From Acaryochloris thomasi RCC1774 (GTDB lineage: Bacteria > Cyanobacteriota > Cyanobacteriia > Thermosynechococcales > Thermosynechococcaceae): a stretch of DNA of 32,000 bases. Shown piece by piece: positions 23,967 through 31,795 of this stretch. A program made the position numbers and the translations under genes. The stretch spans positions 150,001 to 182,000 of the forward strand of contig NZ_PQWO01000009.1 of the NCBI RefSeq assembly GCF_003231495.1, written 5' to 3'. Every line of letters begins with the position of its first letter. Position 1 is the first letter of the stretch. The notes under the pieces were generated by a model. That model searched no databases. It worked only from the letters and a program-made list of their open reading frames with translations, and was not told the origin of the DNA.

Positions 23967-24254
23967 CTAGCGCCGATAGAGTCGGCAAACAGAGTCACCG
24001 AGACCGTCTGGCCGAAACGGGACCGTCGTCCCATCGGCTTGAATCTGGATGCGATCTCGACAGTTAAACACCACCTTCGCAGGTCGAAGACCATCCACGC
24101 TGACAACAGCCCAATACTCCCAGTAATGCTTTGCACTACGCTGCAGACGCACGATACAGAGATGATGGCCGTCCACAGACCGACAGCTTTCTGCCTGGGC
24201 AGGCAGAGCCACCACCAACATTAAAGCCAAGAAAATAGCGAAAAGCTGCGTCAT
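23967..24254 (-). CDS. Small secreted hypothetical protein (95 aa, 4 Cys)
   Basis: Starting at ATG 24254 gives a clean signal peptide, MTQLFAIFLALMLVVALPAQA|ES. The longer track ORF (up to 24422) adds a non-signal-like N-terminus. Confidence 0.5.
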   Translation of the reverse strand: MTQLFAIFLALMLVVALPAQAESCRSVDGHHLCIVRLQRSAKHYWEYWAVVSVDGLRPAKVVFNCRDRIQIQADGTTVPFRPDGLGDSVCRLYRR

Positions 24255-24437
24255 AGTAGGCAATTGCGGGGATAAGCTCCATAATAATGAAGAACCTGTG
24301 TAACTGATTACAACAAAGGTTCCCTCAGCTTTGCGCGATGAGGTTAGATCTGCAAAACAGCCACACATGATAGGGGGGAGATCATGGGATCTAGCAGTGT
24401 TCTCGGCTGAAATTAGAATCATTCTTGCCTCTCTTCT

Positions 24438-26501
24438 ATGCTGCGTCAGCTTACCTGCTCCAAGACTTTGCTACTTCTCAGAGAAGCATTTACGTCTCTT
24501 TTACCCATTGTCTTAATCATGAATATTGTGGTCTTGCTTTCGGGCTTGACCGGCATCTTAGAATCTTGGGGAATAATTAGGGCCTCCGCACTCAACGGCG
24601 CAGAAGTGAGTCGGCTTTATTACTTCCTTATTCCTTTATTTCTAAACTTAGCCCTCAGCATGCTGTTGGCAAAGACAAAAAGCCTTGATCCAATCGGCAC
24701 AATGCTGATTGCCATGGTCTGCTTCTTTCGGCTATCTGGCTTTCTATCTATCAATTCATCGGCTCAAATCACTTCCTACAACAGCTCAATTTTGACCAGT
24801 ATTCCAGCCACCTTTTTGGCCGCAGGAATTCTCGCCTTCTTTACCCGCCTGCCTTACCTCAAGCTCGTCAAGCAGCAAACTGACCTTAATCCTCAACTCA
24901 AAAAAACGCTCAACCTCCTCATTCCTGGCTTGCTGACGGTCCTTTGTTTTGAGCTATTGGGGCAATGCCTGCAGCTGATAGCAGAGACTGGATTGATCAC
25001 ACTCATCGCTCAATCTCTACCAAAATTTCAGCAAATCAGCCAAGTTCAGGAACTCGTCCTGTACAAAACAGTTTCATTGCTGACGTGGTTCATTGGCCTC
25101 CACGGTGAGCACAGTGCTGATGGACTCTTTCGTCTCTTAAAAAATACGCCAGCCGGTGATGCCAGCGGTCTGGGCCTGAAAACCTTCCATGATGTGTTTA
25201 TGAACATTGGTGGGTCGGGATGCACCTTCGTGGTTCCTTTTTTAATTTTGCTCACTCAGAAGCCCACCCAGTTCAAATCCATTGCCCAGCTTAGTTTGCC
25301 GTTCTCGCTGTTCAACGTTAATGAAATTTTGCTGTTTGGACTGCCGATTATTCTGAATCCATTTTTTCTCATTCCATTTTTCTTAGCCCCATTTGTGAAC
25401 ATGGTGGTGGCCTTAGTCGCTATGACCAGTGGAGCCTTCACCATTGACCCTATCGAAATTTCTTGGATGTCTCCTCCCCTTTACAGCGCTTACATCGCCA
25501 CTAATGGGTCAAAATGGGCCGTCTTCACAAATTTTGTCTGCTTGCTCTTAGATGGCTGTATTTACTACCCTTTTCTTGTACTGGCAGAACATCAATTTAA
25601 AACCCCCCTATATCTCTCTAACCTCTTTGAAGATGATGCCTATGGGTTTATCAATGAAGAGATCGATCTGCGCGAGGAGCGCCTATTCGTCAGCAAACAG
25701 ATGGGTAAGCTCAAGAGCATGACATCAGCGCGCCGGGTTCTAAAGCAGTTGAAAGGTCGTCAATTGCTGCTCTATTTTCAACCCAAGGTCGAAGCCCGAT
25801 CGGGGCAACTCATGGGCATAGAAGCATTAATCCGCTCTCGGGATGCGATGGGAAGAACGCTGCCGCCAAATTTTTTGCCTGTGCTCTATCAGCAAGGGAT
25901 CTCTAAAGTTATTGACCAAAAGGTGGTCGATCTCATCTTTGAGCAGGTCCAGCAATGGCGAGCCGAGGGCTTATCCATTCCTCCGATTAGCATTAATTTC
26001 GATAAGGACTTTTTATTGGATCAGCTAGCGGTCCGTACATTTATTGCCCTGGCGAAAGAATATGATATTTATTTTTATCTTGAAATCACAGAACATACTT
26101 ACACGGTAGAGGTCGCAGCTTTAGCTTCTGTTGTGCGCCAATTGAGGGCTGCAGGACACCGGATTTCTATTGATGATTTTGGCGCAGGCTACTCTTCATT
26201 AACGAATCTAGTGTCCTTAGAGGCAGACGAAATCAAGCTAGATCGCAAGCTGGTGGTCCCCCCTAAAAAGGAAAGTGTGCGAGGGCAGGTTTTACTAGAA
26301 TCCAGCGTGCGACTCTGCCATGACCTCGGGTTTTCGGTGGTAGCTGAGGGCGTCGAGAATCTATCTCAGCTTCAGCTTGTCAGAGATTGTGGTGTCGATG
26401 TAGTGCAGGGGAATTACACCGGTAGGCCAATGCCTGCTGATCAGATCAGTCTCTTGTTTACCCATATTGATCATTGCCAAGAAGAATCCTCTTTTCTTTA
26501 A
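24438..26501 (+). CDS. Membrane c-di-GMP phosphodiesterase: PTS EIIC type-3 (lactose/cellobiose/chitobiose family) domain fused to an EAL domain
   Basis: 687 aa. The N-terminal roughly 400 aa align by eye with E. coli ChbC: TWFIGLHGEH matches WFFGIHG, FMNIGGSGCTF matches FLGGSGATL, and QLSLPFSLFNVNEILLFGLPIILNPFFLIPFFL matches [33 protein letters not shown]. The C-terminal EAL domain has all its catalytic motifs: YFQPKV, EALIR, LEITEH, ISIDDFGAGYSSL, IKLDRKLV, VVAEGVEN, VQGNY. Confidence 0.9.
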   Translation: MLRQLTCSKTLLLLREAFTSLLPIVLIMNIVVLLSGLTGILESWGIIRASALNGAEVSRLYYFLIPLFLNLALSMLLAKTKSLDPIGTMLIAMVCFFRLSGFLSINSSAQITSYNSSILTSIPATFLAAGILAFFTRLPYLKLVKQQTDLNPQLKKTLNLLIPGLLTVLCFELLGQCLQLIAETGLITLIAQSLPKFQQISQVQELVLYKTVSLLTWFIGLHGEHSADGLFRLLKNTPAGDASGLGLKTFHDVFMNIGGSGCTFVVPFLILLTQKPTQFKSIAQLSLPFSLFNVNEILLFGLPIILNPFFLIPFFLAPFVNMVVALVAMTSGAFTIDPIEISWMSPPLYSAYIATNGSKWAVFTNFVCLLLDGCIYYPFLVLAEHQFKTPLYLSNLFEDDAYGFINEEIDLREERLFVSKQMGKLKSMTSARRVLKQLKGRQLLLYFQPKVEARSGQLMGIEALIRSRDAMGRTLPPNFLPVLYQQGISKVIDQKVVDLIFEQVQQWRAEGLSIPPISINFDKDFLLDQLAVRTFIALAKEYDIYFYLEITEHTYTVEVAALASVVRQLRAAGHRISIDDFGAGYSSLTNLVSLEADEIKLDRKLVVPPKKESVRGQVLLESSVRLCHDLGFSVVAEGVENLSQLQLVRDCGVDVVQGNYTGRPMPADQISLLFTHIDHCQEESSFL

Positions 26502-26534
26502 CGCTTGCGGGTGAGACTCTCTTGTACTGATGGC

Positions 26535-27377
26535 TTATCCCCGACGACCGCTGACATAGGCCTTCGTTAGAGAATGCTGGGGTTCAGAAAAAACCTGTTG
26601 GGTGGGGCCAGATTCAATCACCTGTCCGACGCCTTCATTCACCCAAAAAAGCGCAACCTGATCGGCGACGCGCCGGGCCTGAGCTAGGTTATGGGTCACG
26701 ACAACCACCGTATAGTCACCTTTAAGCTGACAGATGAGGTCTTCAACAATTTCGCTGGAGATCGGGTCCAGGGCACTACAGGGTTCATCCATTAGAATTA
26801 CGCAGGGCTTCAGCGCTAAGGCTCTTGCTAAACAAAGCCGCTGCTGCTGCCCCCCGGAGAGGGCGAGTGCAGGTGACTTAAGGCGATCTTTAACTTCGTG
26901 CCATAGCCCCACATCTTTCAAGGCCGTTTCAATGATGGTGTCGATCTCGTTGCGATCGCAAACCCCATGTTCCCGCAGCGGAAACTCAATATTGCGATAA
27001 ATCGAGAGCGGAAAGGGATTGGGCTTTTGAAACAGCATCCCCACCTGACGCCGCAGCTCAATCACCGGGAACTGCTGAATATCACGTCCCTCTAACTGAA
27101 TCTGCCCTGACATTCGAGTCTGGGGTGTCAAATCAATCAGTCGATTTAAGCAGTTTAAAAAGCTCGTCTTTCCGCAGCCAGAGGGACCGATCAGAGCCGT
27201 AATTTTTCCCGCTGGTATTGAGAGATTGACATCTTCGAGCACGCGCGTTTCCCTGTAGCGCAGGGCTAACTGCTTCACGTCCAGGCTCGGCGGTGAGTCA
27301 CAATCAGACGTCAACTGAAATTGACGAGATTTTACCTGAGGTTTGTGGGGCCGAGATTGGCGAGACTGGAGCAGCAT
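26535..27377 (-). CDS. pstB: Phosphate ABC transporter ATP-binding protein
   Basis: 280 aa. Walker A is GPSGCGKTS, the signature motif is LSGGQQQRLCLARAL, and Walker B is ILMDEPCSALDP. A basic N-terminal extension of about 35 aa is present. Confidence 0.95.
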   Translation of the reverse strand: MLLQSRQSRPHKPQVKSRQFQLTSDCDSPPSLDVKQLALRYRETRVLEDVNLSIPAGKITALIGPSGCGKTSFLNCLNRLIDLTPQTRMSGQIQLEGRDIQQFPVIELRRQVGMLFQKPNPFPLSIYRNIEFPLREHGVCDRNEIDTIIETALKDVGLWHEVKDRLKSPALALSGGQQQRLCLARALALKPCVILMDEPCSALDPISSEIVEDLICQLKGDYTVVVVTHNLAQARRVADQVALFWVNEGVGQVIESGPTQQVFSEPQHSLTKAYVSGRRG

Positions 27378-28231
27378 TAAGTCACCTGAAGTCTAGACTG
27401 ACGAAAACGATAGGCAAGCCACGAGACCCCGGCGTTGATCAAAATCAGAGTCCCCATCAAGACAAGGGCGGTGGCATAGGCGTGGGGTTCGCCCCCGGCA
27501 ATATTGGTGGCAAGGTCGTATATATGTATAGAAAGCGAACGACCTGAGTCTAAAAGAGAGCTGGGCATTCGGTCCACGTAGCCGCTGGTGAAAATGAGAG
27601 CCGCTGTTTCTGCGATCGCACGTCCAGTCCCCAACAGCAGGCCGACCACGATTCCCGGCATCGCGGCAGGCACAATCAATGTTCCCAGTGTCGCCGTCCG
27701 CGATAGACCTAAGGCCGCAGCCGAGCGTCGATAGTCCTGCGGAACGGCCTGCAGCCCTTCTTGAACCGAGCGAATCAAAATCGGCAGAACCATGCAGGCG
27801 AGGGTGAGTCCCCCTGACAGGATGGAAAAACCTAGCCCCAGCCGCTTGGAAAAGAGGGCATTACCGAAGAGACCAAACACAATGGAGGGCACACCCGCAA
27901 GAATATCAAGGCTGAGGCGGACGGCTCGACCCAGCGGCCCTGCTTGCCCACTAAACTCAGTCAGCAGAATTGCGGTTCCTAACCCCAAAGGCGTCGCAAC
28001 AGCCATACAGACCATCAGGATCAACCCTGTAGAAACCAGAATGGGAAAAATGCCTCCCTCAACGCCAGCTTTCTCTGGCGTCGTCGTCAAAAAGGCCCAG
28101 TTGACCTGCCCACCCCCCTGCCATACCAAATCACCGATCAACCACAGCAAAATCAGCGTGACAAAGACGGCCGTACTCCAAACGACAGCGGCCATCAGTG
28201 ACTCTGAGGCATGACGGCGGCGGATCGTCAT
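27377..28231 (-). CDS. pstA: Phosphate ABC transporter permease PstA
   Basis: 284 aa polytopic membrane protein. An EAA-type loop is present (GRAIAETAALIFTSG). The gene abuts pstB and overlaps pstC by 4 nt. Confidence 0.9.
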   Translation of the reverse strand: MTIRRRHASESLMAAVVWSTAVFVTLILLWLIGDLVWQGGGQVNWAFLTTTPEKAGVEGGIFPILVSTGLILMVCMAVATPLGLGTAILLTEFSGQAGPLGRAVRLSLDILAGVPSIVFGLFGNALFSKRLGLGFSILSGGLTLACMVLPILIRSVQEGLQAVPQDYRRSAAALGLSRTATLGTLIVPAAMPGIVVGLLLGTGRAIAETAALIFTSGYVDRMPSSLLDSGRSLSIHIYDLATNIAGGEPHAYATALVLMGTLILINAGVSWLAYRFRQSRLQVT

Positions 28232-29118
28232 GACTGCGGCTGCAGGAGTTCACTGACCAGCACCAAAACTGTGACGCCGATCATCAGCACTAAGCCGCTC
28301 ACAAAGAGAGCTGCTCGATGCTGTTCCAGAGCATAGGCCATCTCTAAAGCAATATTGGCGGTCAAGGTCCGCACCGGATCAAAGACCTGCTGGGGCACCT
28401 GCACAATGTTGCCGCACACCATCAAAACCGCCAGGGTTTCGCCCAGAGCGCGGGCTGTCGCCAGCATCACACCGGTAATCAGTCCCGAGCGAGCCGCAGG
28501 TAAACAGACGCCCTGCACCGTCGCCCAGGTTCCTAAGCCTAGAGCCTGTGATCCTTTCCAATAGTGGGGTGGAATTGCGGCCAGACTAGAATCGGTCACC
28601 AACATCACCGTCGGCAAAATCATGACGGCGAGAATCAACATGCCAGCCAGTAGGCTCGGCCCCGGAGGATGCAGCCGCCCAATCATAGGCACCAGAACAA
28701 CTAGCCCCCAAAATCCATAGACCACAGAGGGAATACCAGCCAGCAGCTCAATCAAGCGACGGTAGACCGTTGCGACAGCTTTAGGCGCGTAGTACTGACA
28801 AAAAATAGCGGACAGAACACCCAGGGGCGTCGCTAAAACCACGGCCCCCAAGGTCACTAGCAAGGTTCCAACCACCATTGGCGTCAAGTTGAACTGCTGC
28901 GAGGTCGGATACCAGCCAGGATCGCTAAAAAACCGCCACCAACCAATCTGATTAAGAATAGGGAGCGCTTCCAATAGCAGAAAGCCCACAATTAGAATCA
29001 AAACCGCACCAGAGAGCGCTGACAAAATCCGGAGGATGACAAGGAGGTTGCGATCGCTACGATAAAGGGACAAAATATTGCTCCTGGACAATATCGTGAA
29101 CCTGTTGAGATTGAGCAA
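28228..29118 (-). CDS. pstC: Phosphate ABC transporter permease PstC
   Basis: 296 aa polytopic membrane protein. An EAA-type loop is present (ARALGETLAVLMVCGN). The track start overlaps the pstS 3' end by 62 nt, so an internal TTG start is possible. Confidence 0.9.
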   Translation of the reverse strand: MLNLNRFTILSRSNILSLYRSDRNLLVILRILSALSGAVLILIVGFLLLEALPILNQIGWWRFFSDPGWYPTSQQFNLTPMVVGTLLVTLGAVVLATPLGVLSAIFCQYYAPKAVATVYRRLIELLAGIPSVVYGFWGLVVLVPMIGRLHPPGPSLLAGMLILAVMILPTVMLVTDSSLAAIPPHYWKGSQALGLGTWATVQGVCLPAARSGLITGVMLATARALGETLAVLMVCGNIVQVPQQVFDPVRTLTANIALEMAYALEQHRAALFVSGLVLMIGVTVLVLVSELLQPQS

Positions 29119-29890
29119 AGTCTAGAAACTTCTGCTGAGCTGGGGTTGGGGATCCGCTCGTGATCAGAGTCAGCGATCTCGACAACGGGAACGTTCCGTC
29201 TTCCACCGTTTCCAATGAAGCAACAACGCCATTTAGAGGCAGCAGCTTAATTGTTCCGCCGGTTTGCACTTGAGAAGCAGCCGTCCCCACAGAGACGTAA
29301 CCCACAGAATTGGGGTTTCCCGCCACCGTTTTGATCCCCTGCTCGTTGTCGCCAATCACGACATCAGCCTTGATGTTCGGCGATTCCAGCTTAAAGTGCT
29401 TGAGGAACAACTCTAGAGTAGAACGTCCTTCTGCTTTGTTGACCACCGTAATCGGAGCGTCTTGGCCGCCAATCTGACTCCAGTTATTGATCTTGTCGGT
29501 GTAGATACCGATGACCTGCTCTTCAGTCAGCTGACCGATAGGATTATCCTTATGCACAATTATGGCAATCCCGTCTTTAGCAATGGGGAAGGCCTTCAGG
29601 TCGGTCTCTTGATCATTGAGTGAGCGCGACACCATGCCAATATCAGCCACCTTTTGCCGGACATCCGCAATTCCCCGCGAAGAACCGCCCGACTGCACGT
29701 CGACTCGGGCACTCGGATTTTCTTGTTCGTAGCGCTTGGCGATTTCTGCCGTCAGTGGTGCCACCGTACTCGATCCCGTCAGCACGAGCTTGCTGGAAGC
29801 ATTGGACGCACTTGTTGAGTTACAAGCTTGAAGACCCAATGCCAGAGCAAATCCCAGCGGCATTAGCCGTAGAAAGGTTCCTCTGTTCAT
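29057..29890 (-). CDS. pstS: Phosphate-binding lipoprotein, short PstS/SphX (PBP_like_2) type
   Basis: A start at ATG 29890 gives MNRGTFLRLMPLGFALALGLQAC, which contains a lipobox. LTGSSTVAPL and QSGGSSRGIADV are PstS-family anion-binding motifs. The track ORF extends to 29926 and would overlap the regulator gene. Confidence 0.9.
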   Translation of the reverse strand: MNRGTFLRLMPLGFALALGLQACNSTSASNASSKLVLTGSSTVAPLTAEIAKRYEQENPSARVDVQSGGSSRGIADVRQKVADIGMVSRSLNDQETDLKAFPIAKDGIAIIVHKDNPIGQLTEEQVIGIYTDKINNWSQIGGQDAPITVVNKAEGRSTLELFLKHFKLESPNIKADVVIGDNEQGIKTVAGNPNSVGYVSVGTAASQVQTGGTIKLLPLNGVVASLETVEDGTFPLSRSLTLITSGSPTPAQQKFLDFAQSQQVHDIVQEQYFVPLS

Positions 29891-29894
29891 AGCG

Positions 29895-30209
29895 TTAAGT
29901 CGAAGATGTAGTAAAGGACAATTCACAGCAGCCCAGATCTAGCCCTTGCTGCCTAGTGCTGAGGATTTCAGGCACCAGCGAGTACAACATTGCTTTGCCG
30001 TCTCGCACCGACTGCACAAACCCAGCCTCTCTCAACACTTTGAGATGATGAGAAAGCAGGCTCTGCTCTAGACCTAAGACCCGATTGATCTCATAAACAT
30101 GCTGAGGACCATCCATCAGGAGCCTGATAATCGATAATCGGCTGGAGTCAGCTAAGATTTTTAACTTAATCACACAGCTCTGCGAGTTGTCGGCCACGGT
30201 ACAGCTCAA
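29895..30209 (-). CDS. ArsR/SmtB-family metalloregulatory transcription factor
   Basis: 104 aa. The winged-helix core is LKILADSSRLSIIRLLMDGPQHVYEINRVLGLEQSLLSHHLKVLREAGFV. There is no CVC motif in helix 3. Cysteines are at positions 3, 12 and the vicinal pair 94-95. The stop lies 4 nt upstream of pstS. Confidence 0.9.
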   Translation of the reverse strand: MSCTVADNSQSCVIKLKILADSSRLSIIRLLMDGPQHVYEINRVLGLEQSLLSHHLKVLREAGFVQSVRDGKAMLYSLVPEILSTRQQGLDLGCCELSFTTSST

Positions 30210-30249
30210 GTTCCTAAAGAGAAAGCGAAGGTAGAGACTAGATCAAGAT

Positions 30250-30279
30250 TGAATATACATTGATATCAATCTCTATTCA
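30250..30279. promoter_or_regulatory. 30-bp near-perfect palindrome, candidate ArsR/SmtB operator
   Basis: The sequence is TGAATATACATTGAT|ATCAATCTCTATTCA. The half-sites match at 13 of 15 positions, and the core TTGATATCAA (30260-30269) is a perfect palindrome. The element lies 41-70 nt upstream of the regulator start codon. Confidence 0.6.
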
Positions 30280-30394
30280 TGAGTCGAATCTGAGTGTTCT
30301 TTAAACCCTTGCTGAGCGTATCAGCCGTCACCGCTCATCAATATCGATAGAACCTGTGGATGAAGTAGGGCATGTTTTTCTGGGTTTGCTAGAC

Positions 30395-30577
30395 CTAGCG
30401 CAAAAGCTGGAGAGCCGTTAGTAAACCTGATACAAGCGTCAAAAGCAGCAGGATCCAGAGTACGTAACCCGGCAACATAGATAGAACCGCAAACCCACGG
30501 AGGATATAAATGGCTAAAGTGCCAGCGAAGAAGAAGCTGAACCACTTCAAGGCCCAGGCAGAATTGGCTCTACTCAT
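30395..30577 (-). CDS. Small two-TM hypothetical membrane protein (60 aa)
   Basis: The track ORF reads MSRANSAWALKWFSFFFAGTLAIYILRGFAVLSMLPGYVLWILLLLTLVSGLLTALQLLR and contains two clear hydrophobic helices. It is preferred over the overlapping 30321..30545 ORF. Confidence 0.4.
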   Translation of the reverse strand: MSRANSAWALKWFSFFFAGTLAIYILRGFAVLSMLPGYVLWILLLLTLVSGLLTALQLLR

Positions 30578-30750
30578 GATTCTTCACAGCAGGGGGTAAG
30601 ATTCTCTGATAGCAAGGATTTTGAGAGTTTGAGATGGTTAAGTTCTCTCATCTTATCGAGTCGTTGAGTCGGGGTTGCGATCGCACTTAGCTTAGCTCAC
30701 TCGGGGCAAAGTTTCTTCAACTTTTTTATGCGGCCCACCATCTGCAAACT

Positions 30751-30780
30751 CTAACTCACAATCCCCCTTTCGTGAGTTAG
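30751..30780 (-). terminator. Hairpin immediately after the stop of the 30791..31795 gene
   Basis: CTAACTCAC (30751-30759) pairs with GTGAGTTAG (30772-30780). The stem is 9 bp and the loop 12 nt. The U-tract on the minus strand is weak. Confidence 0.45.
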
Positions 30781-30790
30781 GGTTATCTTT

Positions 30791-31795
30791 CTACCAATAA
30801 GCTCCACGATCGCATACGCGAGAAAGATTTCCTGGTGTTTCCGTTGATAGAGGTCTCACCCAGTCACTATTATAGAGATTTTGATAACGTGGCCACTTGT
30901 CCCATCGTGTGCCTCGAATGCCAAATAAAATCTGAACGGCTCCTCCAAGATGTATAGCTTTCTTGCCAATGTTTTTAACAAATGATGCTAAGGGCAGTCC
31001 GTAAGCACCAGCGCCAATAATTGCAATATCAAAATCTATGTTAGAAATTTTTTCACACATCCAGTCTAATGCTTCAAACCAACTTTCAAAGTCTTCGTGA
31101 TGACCATTGACTGACTGAATAGCCTTCAATGTTAGGAGTTCAAAGTCAGGAAGTACCCGTGGATCTTCAAACAGCAACTCACGCTTGAGATATTGCTGTT
31201 GAATACTCTTATCAAAGGGATGTATGACCAATACTTTCTTATTCTCTAATGCCATAGACCAAGGATTGTTATGATGATAAGGTTCTAAATCAATTAAAGG
31301 AACAGCCTTAGCCTGTTTCAAAAATGACGTCAAGCAAGATTCTCCATCTAACCATGACCCAAGGATATTGATATCTTGGATATCCGACAGCATTCTCTTA
31401 CAGAATTTGTCTAACATCACCTCATTTGATGGGAAAAAGCCTGAGTTAACCTGCATCTTATCTTTAATGAAATCATTCCACCAAAAATATCCTATGTCAC
31501 CCCTAATATATTTTATTGTTTTTGAGTATATATTCGGATTTTCTTGCATATTTCTATAAATCAAGATCGCTCTTAGCTCAGTTCGACCTAAGCGAGAAAT
31601 CATGCAAGGAGAACTATTAGTAAGCTGGTCTTTTATTAAACTGCCTGCTTCTTGATCTTGAGAATTAATCGTTAGTGGAGTGCCATCCTTAGGGACAAAA
31701 AAATCCCACTCATTTTCCCGCGAAGGACTAAATAAATTAATTCTTTTATAAATTCTTCTTGTTTTGTTTAGGATCAGTTCAGTTGTTTTATCCAT
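30791..31795 (-). CDS. Hypothetical protein in an AT-rich patch, possibly a Rossmann-like glycosyltransferase (GT-D/DUF1792-like)
   Basis: 334-aa track ORF. ISRLGRTELRAIL resembles the S-x-R-x-GDGE motif of DUF1792, and DIAIIGAGAYGLPLASFV...IHLGG is Rossmann-like. The family assignment is from memory and weak. Confidence 0.55.
   Translation of the reverse strand: MDKTTELILNKTRRIYKRINLFSPSRENEWDFFVPKDGTPLTINSQDQEAGSLIKDQLTNSSPCMISRLGRTELRAILIYRNMQENPNIYSKTIKYIRGDIGYFWWNDFIKDKMQVNSGFFPSNEVMLDKFCKRMLSDIQDINILGSWLDGESCLTSFLKQAKAVPLIDLEPYHHNNPWSMALENKKVLVIHPFDKSIQQQYLKRELLFEDPRVLPDFELLTLKAIQSVNGHHEDFESWFEALDWMCEKISNIDFDIAIIGAGAYGLPLASFVKNIGKKAIHLGGAVQILFGIRGTRWDKWPRYQNLYNSDWVRPLSTETPGNLSRVCDRGAYW

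Noticed and set aside
23649-24422. ORFs 23649..23855 (-), 23819..24136 (-), 23844..24224 (+), and the long form of 23967..24422
   Set aside because: They overlap the DUF1501 3' end or are alternative frames. Only the 95-aa version starting at 24254 has a convincing signal peptide.
29891-29926. 12-codon upstream extension of pstS
   Set aside because: It would overlap the ArsR gene by 32 nt and would place extra residues before a well-formed lipoprotein signal that begins at ATG 29890.
30299-30306. Possible Pho box (CTTTAAAC) upstream of the arsR-pst operon
   Set aside because: It does not fit the PyTTAAPyPy(T/A) pattern and occurs only once. SphR sites occur as tandem repeats spaced at 11 bp.
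30321-30545. Track ORF 30321..30545 (-)
   Set aside because: It overlaps the alternative 60-aa ORF 30395..30577, which has a far more protein-like two-helix hydrophobic profile. Both cannot be real.
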